Source of the DNA: a bacterium
GTDB taxonomy: Bacteria > UBA10199 > 2-02-FULL-44-16 > JAAZCA01
Reading direction: 5' to 3'
Assembly: GCA_963674695.2 (NCBI GenBank)
Contig: CAXXGI010000002.1
Location: forward strand, 288,001-352,000
DNA: 64,000 nt
In this document: positions 21,342-30,501 of the stretch, in pieces
Layout of the letters: every line of letters starts with the position of its first letter
Position numbering within the stretch: the first letter of the stretch is position 1
Notes under the pieces: model-generated
Told to the model about the DNA's origin: nothing
The model's input: only the letters and a program-made list of their open reading frames with translations
Database searches by the model: none
Made by a program: the position numbers and the translations under genes

Positions 21342-21492
21342 TCTCGAAAAACGCATCAACGAGGTGCTCGCCGACCCGGAGTTCAAGGATCATGAAGTCG
21401 TCGATATCAAGCACGAGGTGACCATGATGCCCGGCGCCAAGGTCAGCCGCGGTGGCATGTTCTATCTCGCCTCGATTTTGTTTCGAAAATAG
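21298..21492 (+). CDS. Small protein, Cse60/DUF2758-like
   Basis: VKIIE...DLEKRINEVL...VVDIKH pattern; GGGAG RBS. Confidence 0.55.
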   Translation: MAFTVKIIEATSPYDLEKRINEVLADPEFKDHEVVDIKHEVTMMPGAKVSRGGMFYLASILFRK

Positions 21493-21529
21493 ATGGATTT
21501 CATTCGGTGTCATTCAGCGAACCAAAGGT

Positions 21530-21600
21530 TGTCATTCCCGCGAAGGCGGGAATCTCGATTGTTACGAAACATCGAGATCCCCGTTTCCACGGGGATGACA
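21530..21600. repeat. REP-like repeat, copy 2 (minimal form)
   Basis: TGTCATTCCCGCGAAGGCGGGAATCTCGAT...ATCGAGATCCCCGTTTCCACGGGGATGACA. Confidence 0.85.
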
Positions 21601-21701
21601 AAACCAAGCCGGAGTAATATTTAGAAATCCCCTCATTTCAACAGGTTAGCTCGCATCTTTCCGCCATTTAGACAGGTGTATTCACTCGTTCGTCTTCCGG
21701 C

Positions 21702-21729
21702 CGAACCTTACCCCCTCCTCTGCCGATAA
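21702..21729 (+). promoter_or_regulatory. Sigma28-like promoter
   Basis: CGAAC-N15-GCCGATAA. Confidence 0.55.
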
Positions 21730-21748
21730 CTGGGGTGTAGGCGACGCG

Positions 21749-22207
21749 ATGTCAAAACGACACCAACACGGGAGGCACACGATGGAGATGCACTATGAGG
21801 CCGATATCTTTGAACGCGTGATACGACGACAGATCCACATCGAGGAGGCCGCGCGTATCTGTGGCTACACCAAGCGCACCGCCTATCGGCGGCTCAAGCG
21901 TTATAAACAGGAGGGCTTGAAGGGGCTGCGTCACGGCCTGGTTGGCAAGACCTCGAATCGGGCGAAGGATCCCTCGACGCGCACGGCGGTGATCGATTTC
22001 TACCGTGAACGCGGCGATGGGAAATCGCTCTCGGCATTCGTGCGGCACTTCCGGACGATCAGCGGGATTTCGGTCTGTCGCGAGACGGTGCGGCAGTGGT
22101 TGCTCGATGCAGGGCTCTGGCAGGTTTCCGAACGTCCGATCATGGCATCAGGTGCGCCGCTGGAGATTTCGATCGATATTCAGGCCAAGGAGCGCCTGGT
22201 CTCCTAA
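21749..22207 (+). CDS. HTH protein resembling the N-terminal DNA-binding part of ISNCY/IS481-type transposases, without a DDE domain
   Basis: EEAARICGYTKRTAYRRLKRYKQEGLKGLRHGLVGKTSNR; VCRETVRQWLLDAGLW. Start may be 21782 (GGAGG RBS). Confidence 0.7.
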   Translation: MSKRHQHGRHTMEMHYEADIFERVIRRQIHIEEAARICGYTKRTAYRRLKRYKQEGLKGLRHGLVGKTSNRAKDPSTRTAVIDFYRERGDGKSLSAFVRHFRTISGISVCRETVRQWLLDAGLWQVSERPIMASGAPLEISIDIQAKERLVS

Positions 22208-22276
22208 ATCAATTTGCGTGGTCAAATGTGGTCAAATTCGCTATCAATCCCCCTCCGGTATGAGGGGGATTTTTTT

Positions 22277-24028
22277 ATGACCATCGCGATTCACGTCACG
22301 CATGAGGCCATTCAAAAGATCGGCGGCATCGGGGCCGTCATCCGGGGGCTCGCCGTCACGCCCGTCTATCAGCAGGCCTTTCCGCGCACGCTCCTCTATA
22401 CGCCGCTCTTCGATCGCGACGGTCCGATCGAAAATCGCCTGGGTCCGGATGCGGACGTCCTCTTTTCACACATCGATGGCATCGATGTGAATGGCTGGGG
22501 CGAGCGCCTCCGCCCGATCGAAGAACGCTTCGGCATCCACGTGGTCTTCGGTCGAAAGCGGTTGCGCGCGGAGCACGGGGGGGACGGAAGCGCCGAGGTC
22601 GATATCCTGGCCGTCGATGGCGCCGGGATGAAATCCGCAGCGCGCAGTACCTTCGAATATCAACTCTGGGAACATTTCGGCATCGCCTCCGATCGCTTCG
22701 CGCACGATCGTGACTACGATCAGTATCTGCGCATCGGCGCGGTTCTCATCGATCTGACCGAGGCGATCTATGGTCGCGACGAGCGCGTCGTCCTATTCTC
22801 CCACGAATATATGGGCATGGCTTCAGCGCTGGCCTTCGAGGTCGCCAAGCGCGAGGAGCGGCGCTCGGGGGATAAAACCTTCTTCTATGCGCACGAGGTC
22901 TCCACCGCCCGGGCGGTGGTCGAAGAACACCCGGGGCACGACCTGGCCTTCTATAATCTCCTGCGCCTCGATCGGGATGCGGGGATCTCGCTCGAAGAGG
23001 AGTTCGGTTCGTTCGCCCACTATTCGCGCAACGAACTCATCAAGCGCACGGTCCATCTCGACGGCATCATCGCAGTGAGCGAGGTGACTCGCGAGGAGCT
23101 CATCTACCTCTGTCCGGAAATGGACGCGTCGCGCATTCATGTGGTTCCCAACGGCCTCGCGGTCGATGCCCCCGGCTATGACGAAAAGTTACATTCCCGC
23201 GAGCGTTTGCAACACTACTGCGAGCGCCTCTTCACCTTTCGACCGGACGTGATCATGACCCACGTGACCCGGCTCGTCATCAGCAAGGGGATCTGGCGGG
23301 ACGTGCGCCTGCTCTATCAGATCGACGAGGAGTTGGCGCGCACGGGACAGAAGGGGTTCTTCGTCCTGCTCTCGACCCTCATCGGCGGCGGGCGCAGCGA
23401 CGCGGACATCGCGCGCATGGAGGGGGAGTACGGCTGGCCGGTTCTGCATCGCGAGGGCTGGCCCGATCTGATGGGCTATGAGGTGGAGATCGCCAAGTTT
23501 CTGGAACTCTTCAACGCGCGGTCGGCCGCGCTCAAGGGCGTCTTCATCAATCAGTATGGATTCGGTCGCCCGACCAGCGGCTGGCGCACGCCCGAGGGAA
23601 GTTCGGTGCGCGACCTGCGTCTGGGCAGCGATGCGGAATTCGGACTCTCCATCTACGAGCCCTTCGGCATCGCGCAGCTCGAGACGGTCCCGTATGGCGG
23701 CATCCCCATCGTGTCGAGCGTCTGCGGATGTGCGGCAACGCTCGAGAAGGAGATCGACGCGCGCGACGCGGTCATCCTCGACTTCACGCGCGTGCCGCCC
23801 TCGTTTCGCGGCGCGCTCAATCACAAGGCCGATTTTCAAAACGTCACGATGGAGATGCGCGACCTGGTCGAGACCGAGATCTGCCGCCAGGCCTCCGCAC
23901 AGATCGCCGCCGCCCTGCCGCACACCGACGAGGCCCGTCGCGAACGCTTCACCCGCATGCAGGCGTGCGCCCGCACCCTCGACTGGGACCACGCCGCCCA
24001 GGCATTGGCAGGGCTGATACCGGGGTGA
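22277..24028 (+). CDS. Glycogen-synthase-like GT-B glycosyltransferase
   Basis: HEAIQKIGGIGAV (KxGG motif); SIYEPFGIAQLE (EX7E). Confidence 0.72.
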   Translation: MTIAIHVTHEAIQKIGGIGAVIRGLAVTPVYQQAFPRTLLYTPLFDRDGPIENRLGPDADVLFSHIDGIDVNGWGERLRPIEERFGIHVVFGRKRLRAEHGGDGSAEVDILAVDGAGMKSAARSTFEYQLWEHFGIASDRFAHDRDYDQYLRIGAVLIDLTEAIYGRDERVVLFSHEYMGMASALAFEVAKREERRSGDKTFFYAHEVSTARAVVEEHPGHDLAFYNLLRLDRDAGISLEEEFGSFAHYSRNELIKRTVHLDGIIAVSEVTREELIYLCPEMDASRIHVVPNGLAVDAPGYDEKLHSRERLQHYCERLFTFRPDVIMTHVTRLVISKGIWRDVRLLYQIDEELARTGQKGFFVLLSTLIGGGRSDADIARMEGEYGWPVLHREGWPDLMGYEVEIAKFLELFNARSAALKGVFINQYGFGRPTSGWRTPEGSSVRDLRLGSDAEFGLSIYEPFGIAQLETVPYGGIPIVSSVCGCAATLEKEIDARDAVILDFTRVPPSFRGALNHKADFQNVTMEMRDLVETEICRQASAQIAAALPHTDEARRERFTRMQACARTLDWDHAAQALAGLIPG

Positions 24029-24141
24029 GGAAAACGCCCTGACGGGACATCGCCGACATTCCCCTTTCAGGTTGAAGCGGTTTTCGTCGTTCAGAGCTGG
24101 GCAACTGGCGATGTCGTGGACTCTATTTGCCTTATTGCACA

Positions 24142-24169
24142 TTGATATTCAAAGCGTTTTGTGTATAAT
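24142..24169 (+). promoter_or_regulatory. Sigma70-like promoter overlapping an inverted-repeat operator
   Basis: TTGATA-N16-TATAAT; ATAATTAAAA...TTTTAATTAT inverted repeat extends to the start codon. Confidence 0.55.
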
Positions 24170-24203
24170 TAAAACTTCAGGAATTTTATTGAGGATTTTA
24201 ATT

Positions 24204-25421
24204 ATGATAAAAACGTATATCACTCGGGAAAGCTATCTCAATCGGATCAAGCCCTTCATCGGTAAGGACCTCATCAAGGTACTCGTCGGTCAGCGCCGGG
24301 TGGGGAAGAGCTACATGCTCTATCAGATCATGGATCTGATCCGGGCACAGGAGAAAGACGCCAACATCATCCTCATCGACAAGGAGCTGCACGAATTCGA
24401 TGCCCTGCAGGACTATCGTTCGCTTGCGAAATACGTCGAGGAAAAGACCACAGACGATCGCCAGAAGAACTACCTCTTTATCGATGAGATTCAGGATATC
24501 GACGTATTTGAAAAGGCGCTGCGCAGCTTCAATGCGTCTGGAAAATACGACATCTACTGCACCGGCAGCAATGCCAAGATGCTCTCCAGCGAGCTTTCAA
24601 CGAATTTAAGCGGGCGATATATCGAGATCGATATACACAGTCTTTCGTACGCGGAGTTTCTTCTCTTCCATGCCCTCGAAGAAACGGATGAAACGTTTTT
24701 GAAATATATCAAATATGGAGGGCTTCCCTACCTCATCCATCTCGATCTTGAGGATGATATCGTCTATGACTATCTTCGCAACGTCACCAATACGATCTTC
24801 TTCAAGGATGTCTGTGCACGCTATAACATTCGAAACGTTACCTTTTTGGAGCGGCTCGTCGAATATGTCGCTGAGAATCTCGGCAGCCTCGTATCGGCAA
24901 AGCGGATCAGCGATTTCTTAAAATCACAGAGGGTTCGGATCTCTCCAAATATCGTTTTAGATTATCTCTCGCACCTGTGTTTATCCTTTTTGATCTATCG
25001 GGTTCCCCGTCAAGATGTGAAGGGAAAGAAGGTCTTCGAGATCAACGAAAAGTATTATTTCGAAGACGTGGGGTTGCGTCATACGCTCGTTCGATACACC
25101 CAAGCTGATGTGAATAAGGTTCTGGAAAATCTTGTTTTCCGGCATTTGATCGGGTGCGGCTATGACGTCAAAGTCGGCCAGCTCGGCGAAAAAGAGATTG
25201 ATTTTGCGTGTGAGAAAAACGGTGAACGACTCTACATTCAGGTTGCCTACACGATCACGGAAGAAAATCGTGAGCGAGAGTTTGGCAATTTGCTCGAGAT
25301 CGATGATAATTACCCAAAACTCGTTCTCTCCATGGATCCCTTGGTGAGCGATAACAGCTACAAGGGAATCCTTCATCGGAACATTCGGACATTTCTCGCT
25401 TCGCCAGAGCTGGATGTTTAG
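24204..25421 (+). CDS. AAA_14 ATPase with C-terminal DUF4143 (PD-(D/E)xK-like) domain
   Basis: GQRRVGKS, FIDEIQ, TGSNA, YGGLP, KYYFEDVG, EIDF...YIQV. Confidence 0.9.
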   Translation: MIKTYITRESYLNRIKPFIGKDLIKVLVGQRRVGKSYMLYQIMDLIRAQEKDANIILIDKELHEFDALQDYRSLAKYVEEKTTDDRQKNYLFIDEIQDIDVFEKALRSFNASGKYDIYCTGSNAKMLSSELSTNLSGRYIEIDIHSLSYAEFLLFHALEETDETFLKYIKYGGLPYLIHLDLEDDIVYDYLRNVTNTIFFKDVCARYNIRNVTFLERLVEYVAENLGSLVSAKRISDFLKSQRVRISPNIVLDYLSHLCLSFLIYRVPRQDVKGKKVFEINEKYYFEDVGLRHTLVRYTQADVNKVLENLVFRHLIGCGYDVKVGQLGEKEIDFACEKNGERLYIQVAYTITEENREREFGNLLEIDDNYPKLVLSMDPLVSDNSYKGILHRNIRTFLASPELDV

Positions 25422-25430
25422 ACTGAGAAT

Positions 25431-26576
25431 CTATACGGAATACATGTGACTGAGATAGTGGGCAAAGACGGGGTCGGAGAGGCGCCACCCCTTGTCAATC
25501 TCCTGTTCGACGATGCCTGCATCAAGAAGCTTCTGAAGTATCTTCCCGACTCCGGATTTCGATATATGTAACGCGCGCAGAAAATCGGCTCCCTGTGGTT
25601 CCGAGACAAAACCTTTGCAGGCCATGCCGATGAGGAGGGCCTTTTCCCCCTTGCTCATGTTCGACAGACGATAGGCGTAACTCTGTTTCATTTCGACCAT
25701 GTCGTTCAGGGCCATCTCGATGTCGGCGACCTCAAGGGTCTTTCCCGTGTATCGTTCTTGTATCCACGCGCCAAGTTCACAGATTGCGTTTGGTACCTGA
25801 CACATGCGGTCCAGGAGGTGTTGTAAAGCCTCCGTCGTTACTTCAATGTCGAACGGCTTCAGCCTCTCCGAGAAGTATGGCTTCCATGCCCCGAAGGGTA
25901 TCGGATCGAGATGCATTTCGTCGCCGTATTGGAAGAGAGGCGCGTTGGCGTTTCCCAACATCCGTTCCATCAAGTGTCGCTTGGATCCTAGGATAAAGAC
26001 GGAGGCCTTGGAAAGCCGTTGCAGGAAGGAACGCAGGATCGCTTCCGCCTCGGGAACGAGTGCGATATCCTGAAATTCATCAAGGATGAGCATGAGCGGC
26101 TGTTTCTCCGAGAATTCCACGATGCTATCCAGAAGCATAAGGATGTCTTTCCGATCATTTCCTGACGAAAGGCCGATTCCAACCGATGGAGCTCCCGTTA
26201 GAGGGTCGAAATCGATGTGCGGGGAGAGTTTTTTAAAGAGTTCCTTCACCCGTTTCAAGAGGTTTGACGGCGAATATGATTCGGCGAGAGTTTGGCCAAG
26301 GGCATGGGCGAGGCGAACAGCGATCGAATGTAATGACTCTACGCCCATGAAATCGACGGAGAGGACAAGGCGTTTTGGGCGGGTTTTCGCCATGGCTGGG
26401 CCTACGACATTCCTGACCAACGAGGATTTTCCATAGCGTCTCGGAGCCAGCAGGATGACTCTCTTGCCCGCTTTTGCCGCTGCCAACAGTGCGGTGATCT
26501 CTTTTTCCCGGTCGCAGATATCCTTCTTGTCCAGGAGGACATCGTACTGGAAGATTCGAATCTGTTTTTTGGTCAT
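25431..26576 (-). CDS. Archaeal-type AAA ATPase with C-terminal winged helix
   Basis: DREKE, APRRYGKSS, LILDEFQ, GSKRH, LSDPVF. Confidence 0.85.
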   Translation of the reverse strand: MTKKQIRIFQYDVLLDKKDICDREKEITALLAAAKAGKRVILLAPRRYGKSSLVRNVVGPAMAKTRPKRLVLSVDFMGVESLHSIAVRLAHALGQTLAESYSPSNLLKRVKELFKKLSPHIDFDPLTGAPSVGIGLSSGNDRKDILMLLDSIVEFSEKQPLMLILDEFQDIALVPEAEAILRSFLQRLSKASVFILGSKRHLMERMLGNANAPLFQYGDEMHLDPIPFGAWKPYFSERLKPFDIEVTTEALQHLLDRMCQVPNAICELGAWIQERYTGKTLEVADIEMALNDMVEMKQSYAYRLSNMSKGEKALLIGMACKGFVSEPQGADFLRALHISKSGVGKILQKLLDAGIVEQEIDKGWRLSDPVFAHYLSHMYSV

Positions 26577-26608
26577 AACGGAATGGTAGCAAAACCCCGG
26601 CTGTCTGT

Positions 26609-26653
26609 CCACTATTGGTGGGCCACTTTTAGTGGACCACTTTTAGGAGACCA
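26609..26653. repeat. Three tandem 14-bp palindromic units, probable operator
   Basis: CCACTATTGGTGGG / CCACTTTTAGTGGA / CCACTTTTAGGAGA / CCA. Confidence 0.7.
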
Positions 26654-26725
26654 TAGAAGATCAATGTCATTTCAATCAGATAAGCAGTTTTGGAGGGTGA
26701 AGAGAGGCGAGCCTTGCTCAAAAAA

Positions 26726-26843
26726 GGGCGCGTCGGTCTCGGGGTGGGGCGGTCGAGGTTGAACCTGATCGCCACGCTACTTCAGTTTGTTCCGGATACG
26801 GCGGAGTAACATCGCATCCACGAACTCGACCGAAACCACGCCG
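26726..26843 (+). repeat. Island direct repeat R1 (diverged, internally shorter)
   Basis: GGGCGCGTCGGTCTCGGGGTGGGG...AACCTGATCGCCACGCT...CGGATACGGCGGAGTAACATCGCATCCACGAACTCGACCGAAACCACGCCG aligns with R2. Confidence 0.85.
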
Positions 26844-26988
26844 CCCTGCGCTGGACTCATCGGGCCCACTCATTATTTTCAATGATATCAACAGGTTGGA
26901 TGTGCATCCCAGAAGCGCGCGAGGGATGATGTTAGTGGTTCGATAAAGATATTTACACATATCAACAAGTGTAGATAATACTATCGAT

Positions 26989-27597
26989 ATGAAGAATCGA
27001 ATGTCGGAAGAGAAGGCTGTCGATATTTTTCAAAAACATGGGGGCATGCTGAAAACAGCTCAAGCCGCTCGCCTCGGAATTCACTGTGAAACGCTCTACA
27101 GACTTCGAGACCGTGGTGTTCTTGAGACTGTTGCTAGAGGACTCTATCGTCTCTCCAGCCTTCCGGCGCTCAGCTGCCCGGACATGGTAACCGTCGCGCT
27201 CAAGGTTCCCCATGGTGTGATTTGTCTGCTGTCAGCGCTGGAATTTCACGAGATCACAACGCATATCCCGCACAAGGTCTATGTGGCGTTGAAAAGGGGG
27301 ACCATGACGCCGAGGCTCACCTATCCGCCTCTGTGTGTGGTGCGGTATTCCGGCGAGGCGTTTTCGATGGGAAGAGAATCGCATGAGATCGATGGTGTGA
27401 CGGTATACGTTTACAGTGCAGCAAAGACGGTTGCCGACTGTTTTAAATTTCGAAATCAGTTTGGACTCGATGTTGCCATCGAAGCGCTGAAGCTTGCGCT
27501 CACACGGAACAAGGCAACCAGGGCCGATATTTTTCGGTGCGCACGGGTCTGCGGTGTTGAGAAGATCATCAGACCATACATTGAGGCGCTCGAGTGA
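26989..27597 (+). CDS. Type IV TA antitoxin, AbiEi-like
   Basis: N-terminal wHTH (RGLYRL); ICLLSALEFHEITT; AKTVADCFKFRN. Confidence 0.9.
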   Translation: MKNRMSEEKAVDIFQKHGGMLKTAQAARLGIHCETLYRLRDRGVLETVARGLYRLSSLPALSCPDMVTVALKVPHGVICLLSALEFHEITTHIPHKVYVALKRGTMTPRLTYPPLCVVRYSGEAFSMGRESHEIDGVTVYVYSAAKTVADCFKFRNQFGLDVAIEALKLALTRNKATRADIFRCARVCGVEKIIRPYIEALE

Positions 27598-28505
27598 AAC
27601 GAAACGTCACAAATATATCGCACTCGATCAGACAACGACTCCTAAATGAATCCAAGAAATTGGGTCGGCCATTCAAGGACATCCTCACGCTCTATGTGAT
27701 AGAGCGTTTTCTCTATCGCGTCGGCCTTTCACGGTTCGTGAAGAAACTTTATCTCAAAGGCGCGCTCCTCTTGAGTGTCTGGGGCATACCGAAGGGGCGA
27801 CCAACAGCGGATATCGACATGCTGGGAACGATCGATACCACAGATGAGGCGCTCAAAGAAGCCATGACGGAGTGCATGGCCGTTGATGTCGATGATGGAC
27901 TCACATTTCATCCCGAGACGATGAGCATCGAGACGATTACGAAGGAAGCCGACTATGATGGAAAGCGCATTCGCTTCCTTGCAACGTTGGGTACAGCCAG
28001 AGCGATGGTTCAGGTGGATGTCGGCATCGGCGATGTGGTCATACCGGGGCCGATCTGGATTGATTATCCCGTTCTGCTCGAGGGGGAGAAACCGCATCTG
28101 CTGGCCTATACGCCGGAGAGCAGCATCGCTGAAAAGTTTCATGCCATGGTAAAATTGGATATCGGCAACAGTCGGATGAAGGATTTCTATGATATCTGGG
28201 TGCTCTCAGACCATCTGGAGTTTGACGGGGCGGTTCTGTCGCAGGCGATTCGATCGACCTTTGAGAGAAGGGCGACAGCGATGTCGGATGAGATACCAAC
28301 GGCCCTGACCATTCGCTTTGCGAATGATGATGCCCATCGGAAACAGTGGCAGGCGTTTCTGCGAAAGAACGAACTCGAGCAGGGCACGCCGAGCTTCGAG
28401 ACGATTCAGGAGAGGATCAGGGTTTTCCTTATGCCCGTCATGAATGAGCTCGCTCAAGAGAAAACGTTTTCGAAGGCATGGTCCGCCGCAGGTGATTGGA
28501 CATAG
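27594..28505 (+). CDS. Type IV TA toxin, AbiEii-like nucleotidyltransferase
   Basis: LKGALLL, RPTADID, IAEKFHAM, SRMKDFYD; GTGA overlap with the antitoxin. Confidence 0.92.
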   Translation: MKRNVTNISHSIRQRLLNESKKLGRPFKDILTLYVIERFLYRVGLSRFVKKLYLKGALLLSVWGIPKGRPTADIDMLGTIDTTDEALKEAMTECMAVDVDDGLTFHPETMSIETITKEADYDGKRIRFLATLGTARAMVQVDVGIGDVVIPGPIWIDYPVLLEGEKPHLLAYTPESSIAEKFHAMVKLDIGNSRMKDFYDIWVLSDHLEFDGAVLSQAIRSTFERRATAMSDEIPTALTIRFANDDAHRKQWQAFLRKNELEQGTPSFETIQERIRVFLMPVMNELAQEKTFSKAWSAAGDWT

Positions 28506-28527
28506 TGCTCATTTGGGCGGTGCGCAG

Positions 28528-28723
28528 GTCTTCACGACAACCCCACACGGGCGCATCGGTCTCGGGGTGGGGATAGCGCGGCTCAACCTGATCGCCACGC
28601 TCGCCGGCATTCGCGTGCACCAGGCGCCAAAAGAAGACGCATCAGGCTCGATCACCACGCTTGCGTTCACCTCGGATACAACGGAGTAGTATCGCAATCA
28701 CGAATTCGACCGAAACCACACCG
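28528..28723 (+). repeat. Island direct repeat R2 (longest copy)
   Basis: Core 28545-28680 matches 30266-30401 at 133/136 bp; right part matches R1. Confidence 0.92.
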
Positions 28724-28756
28724 TACCATTCAACAGTATCAGTGCTCGCATAGATT

Positions 28757-29623
28757 TCAGGAATTGGATTCATCGGGAACACGTGTATCGATCTCGCTGA
28801 GGAACTTCATCAGCTTTGCCCATGTTTCCTCGAATTCGGCCTTGTGGCCCAACACCCTGATACCCGGCCAAGCAGCCTTGAGGATGGTCTTTTCAAATTT
28901 CTCGGCGTTGCCCACAAGCGAAGCGGGCAGCGGCGTATTTCTGTTCGCGAACGTCCTTCTGATGGCGTCGATGAGCTTTCCCCTGTTCGGGCACAGCGGG
29001 ATGAGGTACGCGAGATCGTATATATCCTTTGCGCGTGAATTCGCCGATCCCCGATCGTACATGGTCTCCAGTTTCTCTGCGATAATATATTCGATCGAGT
29101 ACACCTTCCAAGAAATGGGCTTTGCGTGCCCAAGAATTGACGGCATAACTTCAGAGGGTGGCGTTGCTGGAATCGTGTCGCTAAAAGCAACGTCGACGTG
29201 AATTCTCGAAAGCTTGTGCAGTTTGTTCATGTCCGGCTCGCCAATTTGAAACGCGCAGTCGAACCGGTAGGAGCCGTATTGTCCTTGTTCGTCGAGTTCA
29301 TCGACGTGGATATCACCAAACCACAGGCCATCATCCAGATTTGATTCCAGCGCTTGCCTTGCCAACCGCTCCAGCCGTGCCTTGTCGATGGCAACTGCCA
29401 GGGCATCCGCGTCACGAGTGAAACGCTCGCTGTTAAAGATTTTGAACAATACGAGCCCGCCCTTGAAGACGAGGTGCTCCGACAATTCGTGGTGACGTTC
29501 GAGTCGTGCGATGGCCCGTTCCAATGCAACGATGACGCGAAACTCATTGATGCTGAGCCGCGCGTCTTCCTTGGCAATGCGCCTCAATGCGCGGTTGATC
29601 TGCTTTGCGTTCTCCCGGTTCAT
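28757..29623 (-). CDS. Second AbiEii-like nucleotidyltransferase toxin
   Basis: FKGGLVL, RFTRDAD, IAEKLET, SRAKDIYD. Confidence 0.9.
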   Translation of the reverse strand: MNRENAKQINRALRRIAKEDARLSINEFRVIVALERAIARLERHHELSEHLVFKGGLVLFKIFNSERFTRDADALAVAIDKARLERLARQALESNLDDGLWFGDIHVDELDEQGQYGSYRFDCAFQIGEPDMNKLHKLSRIHVDVAFSDTIPATPPSEVMPSILGHAKPISWKVYSIEYIIAEKLETMYDRGSANSRAKDIYDLAYLIPLCPNRGKLIDAIRRTFANRNTPLPASLVGNAEKFEKTILKAAWPGIRVLGHKAEFEETWAKLMKFLSEIDTRVPDESNS

Positions 29624-30216
29624 GATGCCAGTGTCTCTATAGAGGATCGTACACGATGTTCGACCTTGAGCTTCTTCGCCATATCGTAGAGGGAGCCGAG
29701 CTTTACCCTCTTTTGTGCGACCGATTGCTTGAGCGCAGCCAAAGCCACCTGCGATCCGATAATGCGCTTATAGACGAGGCAGTCGATGATGGTGCGCTCT
29801 ATCGTCGTTATCCAGAAGTATTTCGTTTTCTTGATGCCGATATCCCACTTGGGGCATCGCGATCTGATGAGCTTGAGTTCATGGGCTTTGGTCCTCTTCG
29901 TATCCGGGACCAGCATCCATACCTTTTTCGTGATCTGATCGGTCAGGTTGTAATGTTCCAAGGCGGAGAGAAGGCAGACGCTCGATGGAAGGCCACAGCG
30001 CAGAGTGGCTGCCCGATAGAGATCCTCGCTTGCCCCCACCGCCCTGTCGGCCAGTTGGTAGACCCCACGGGAGAGCCGTTCGATGAGTCCCTGTGCCAGC
30101 AATTTCTTGACGACGTGCTGTCCAAGCCCCCATGCGAGGGCCTCTTGATAGCAAAACGGCCTATTCGGTAACCGCTTAATATAATGAGATAATTCAAGCT
30201 GCATAATCCATAACAT
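29620..30216 (-). CDS. Second AbiEi-like antitoxin
   Basis: IERLSRGVYQL; VCLLSALEHYNLTD; ERTIIDC; ATGA overlap with the toxin; TGACAC...GTGTCA inverted repeat over TTGACA upstream. Confidence 0.88.
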   Translation of the reverse strand: MLWIMQLELSHYIKRLPNRPFCYQEALAWGLGQHVVKKLLAQGLIERLSRGVYQLADRAVGASEDLYRAATLRCGLPSSVCLLSALEHYNLTDQITKKVWMLVPDTKRTKAHELKLIRSRCPKWDIGIKKTKYFWITTIERTIIDCLVYKRIIGSQVALAALKQSVAQKRVKLGSLYDMAKKLKVEHRVRSSIETLAS

Positions 30217-30246
30217 GACACGGTTTTAGATTTGTGTCAACTTATA

Positions 30247-30401
30247 GTCTGTCGCCGACGACCCAACACGGGCGCATCGGTCTCGGGGTGGGGATAGCGC
30301 GGCTCAACCTGATCGCCATGCTCGCCGGCATTCGCGTGCACCAGGCGCCAAAAGAAGACGCATCAGGCTCGATCACCACGCTTGCGTTCGCTTCGGATAC
30401 A
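30247..30401 (+). repeat. Island direct repeat R3 (truncated on the right)
   Basis: Near-identical to the R2 core. Confidence 0.92.
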
Positions 30402-30501
30402 TCAGAAGCTGTATGAGGAGGACAAGGTGAGAAGGAAGGATGGTTGGAATGAAGTGATGTGTCCCAGGTATTAGAGGAATTGTAGATGCGGGAAGGAGCT
30501 T

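Noticed and set aside
26726-30401. R1-R3 as a CRISPR array or canonical integron attC sites
   Set aside because: Too long and separated by kb-scale genes for CRISPR; no RYYYAAC/GTTRRRY ends and no integrase seen.
28444-30416. Small near-identical ORFs (HGRIGLGVGIARLNL...) at 28444-28689 and 30234-30416
   Set aside because: They are translations of the R2/R3 repeat with different starts and no RBS, and R1 lacks the middle segment. A gene-remnant origin is not excluded.
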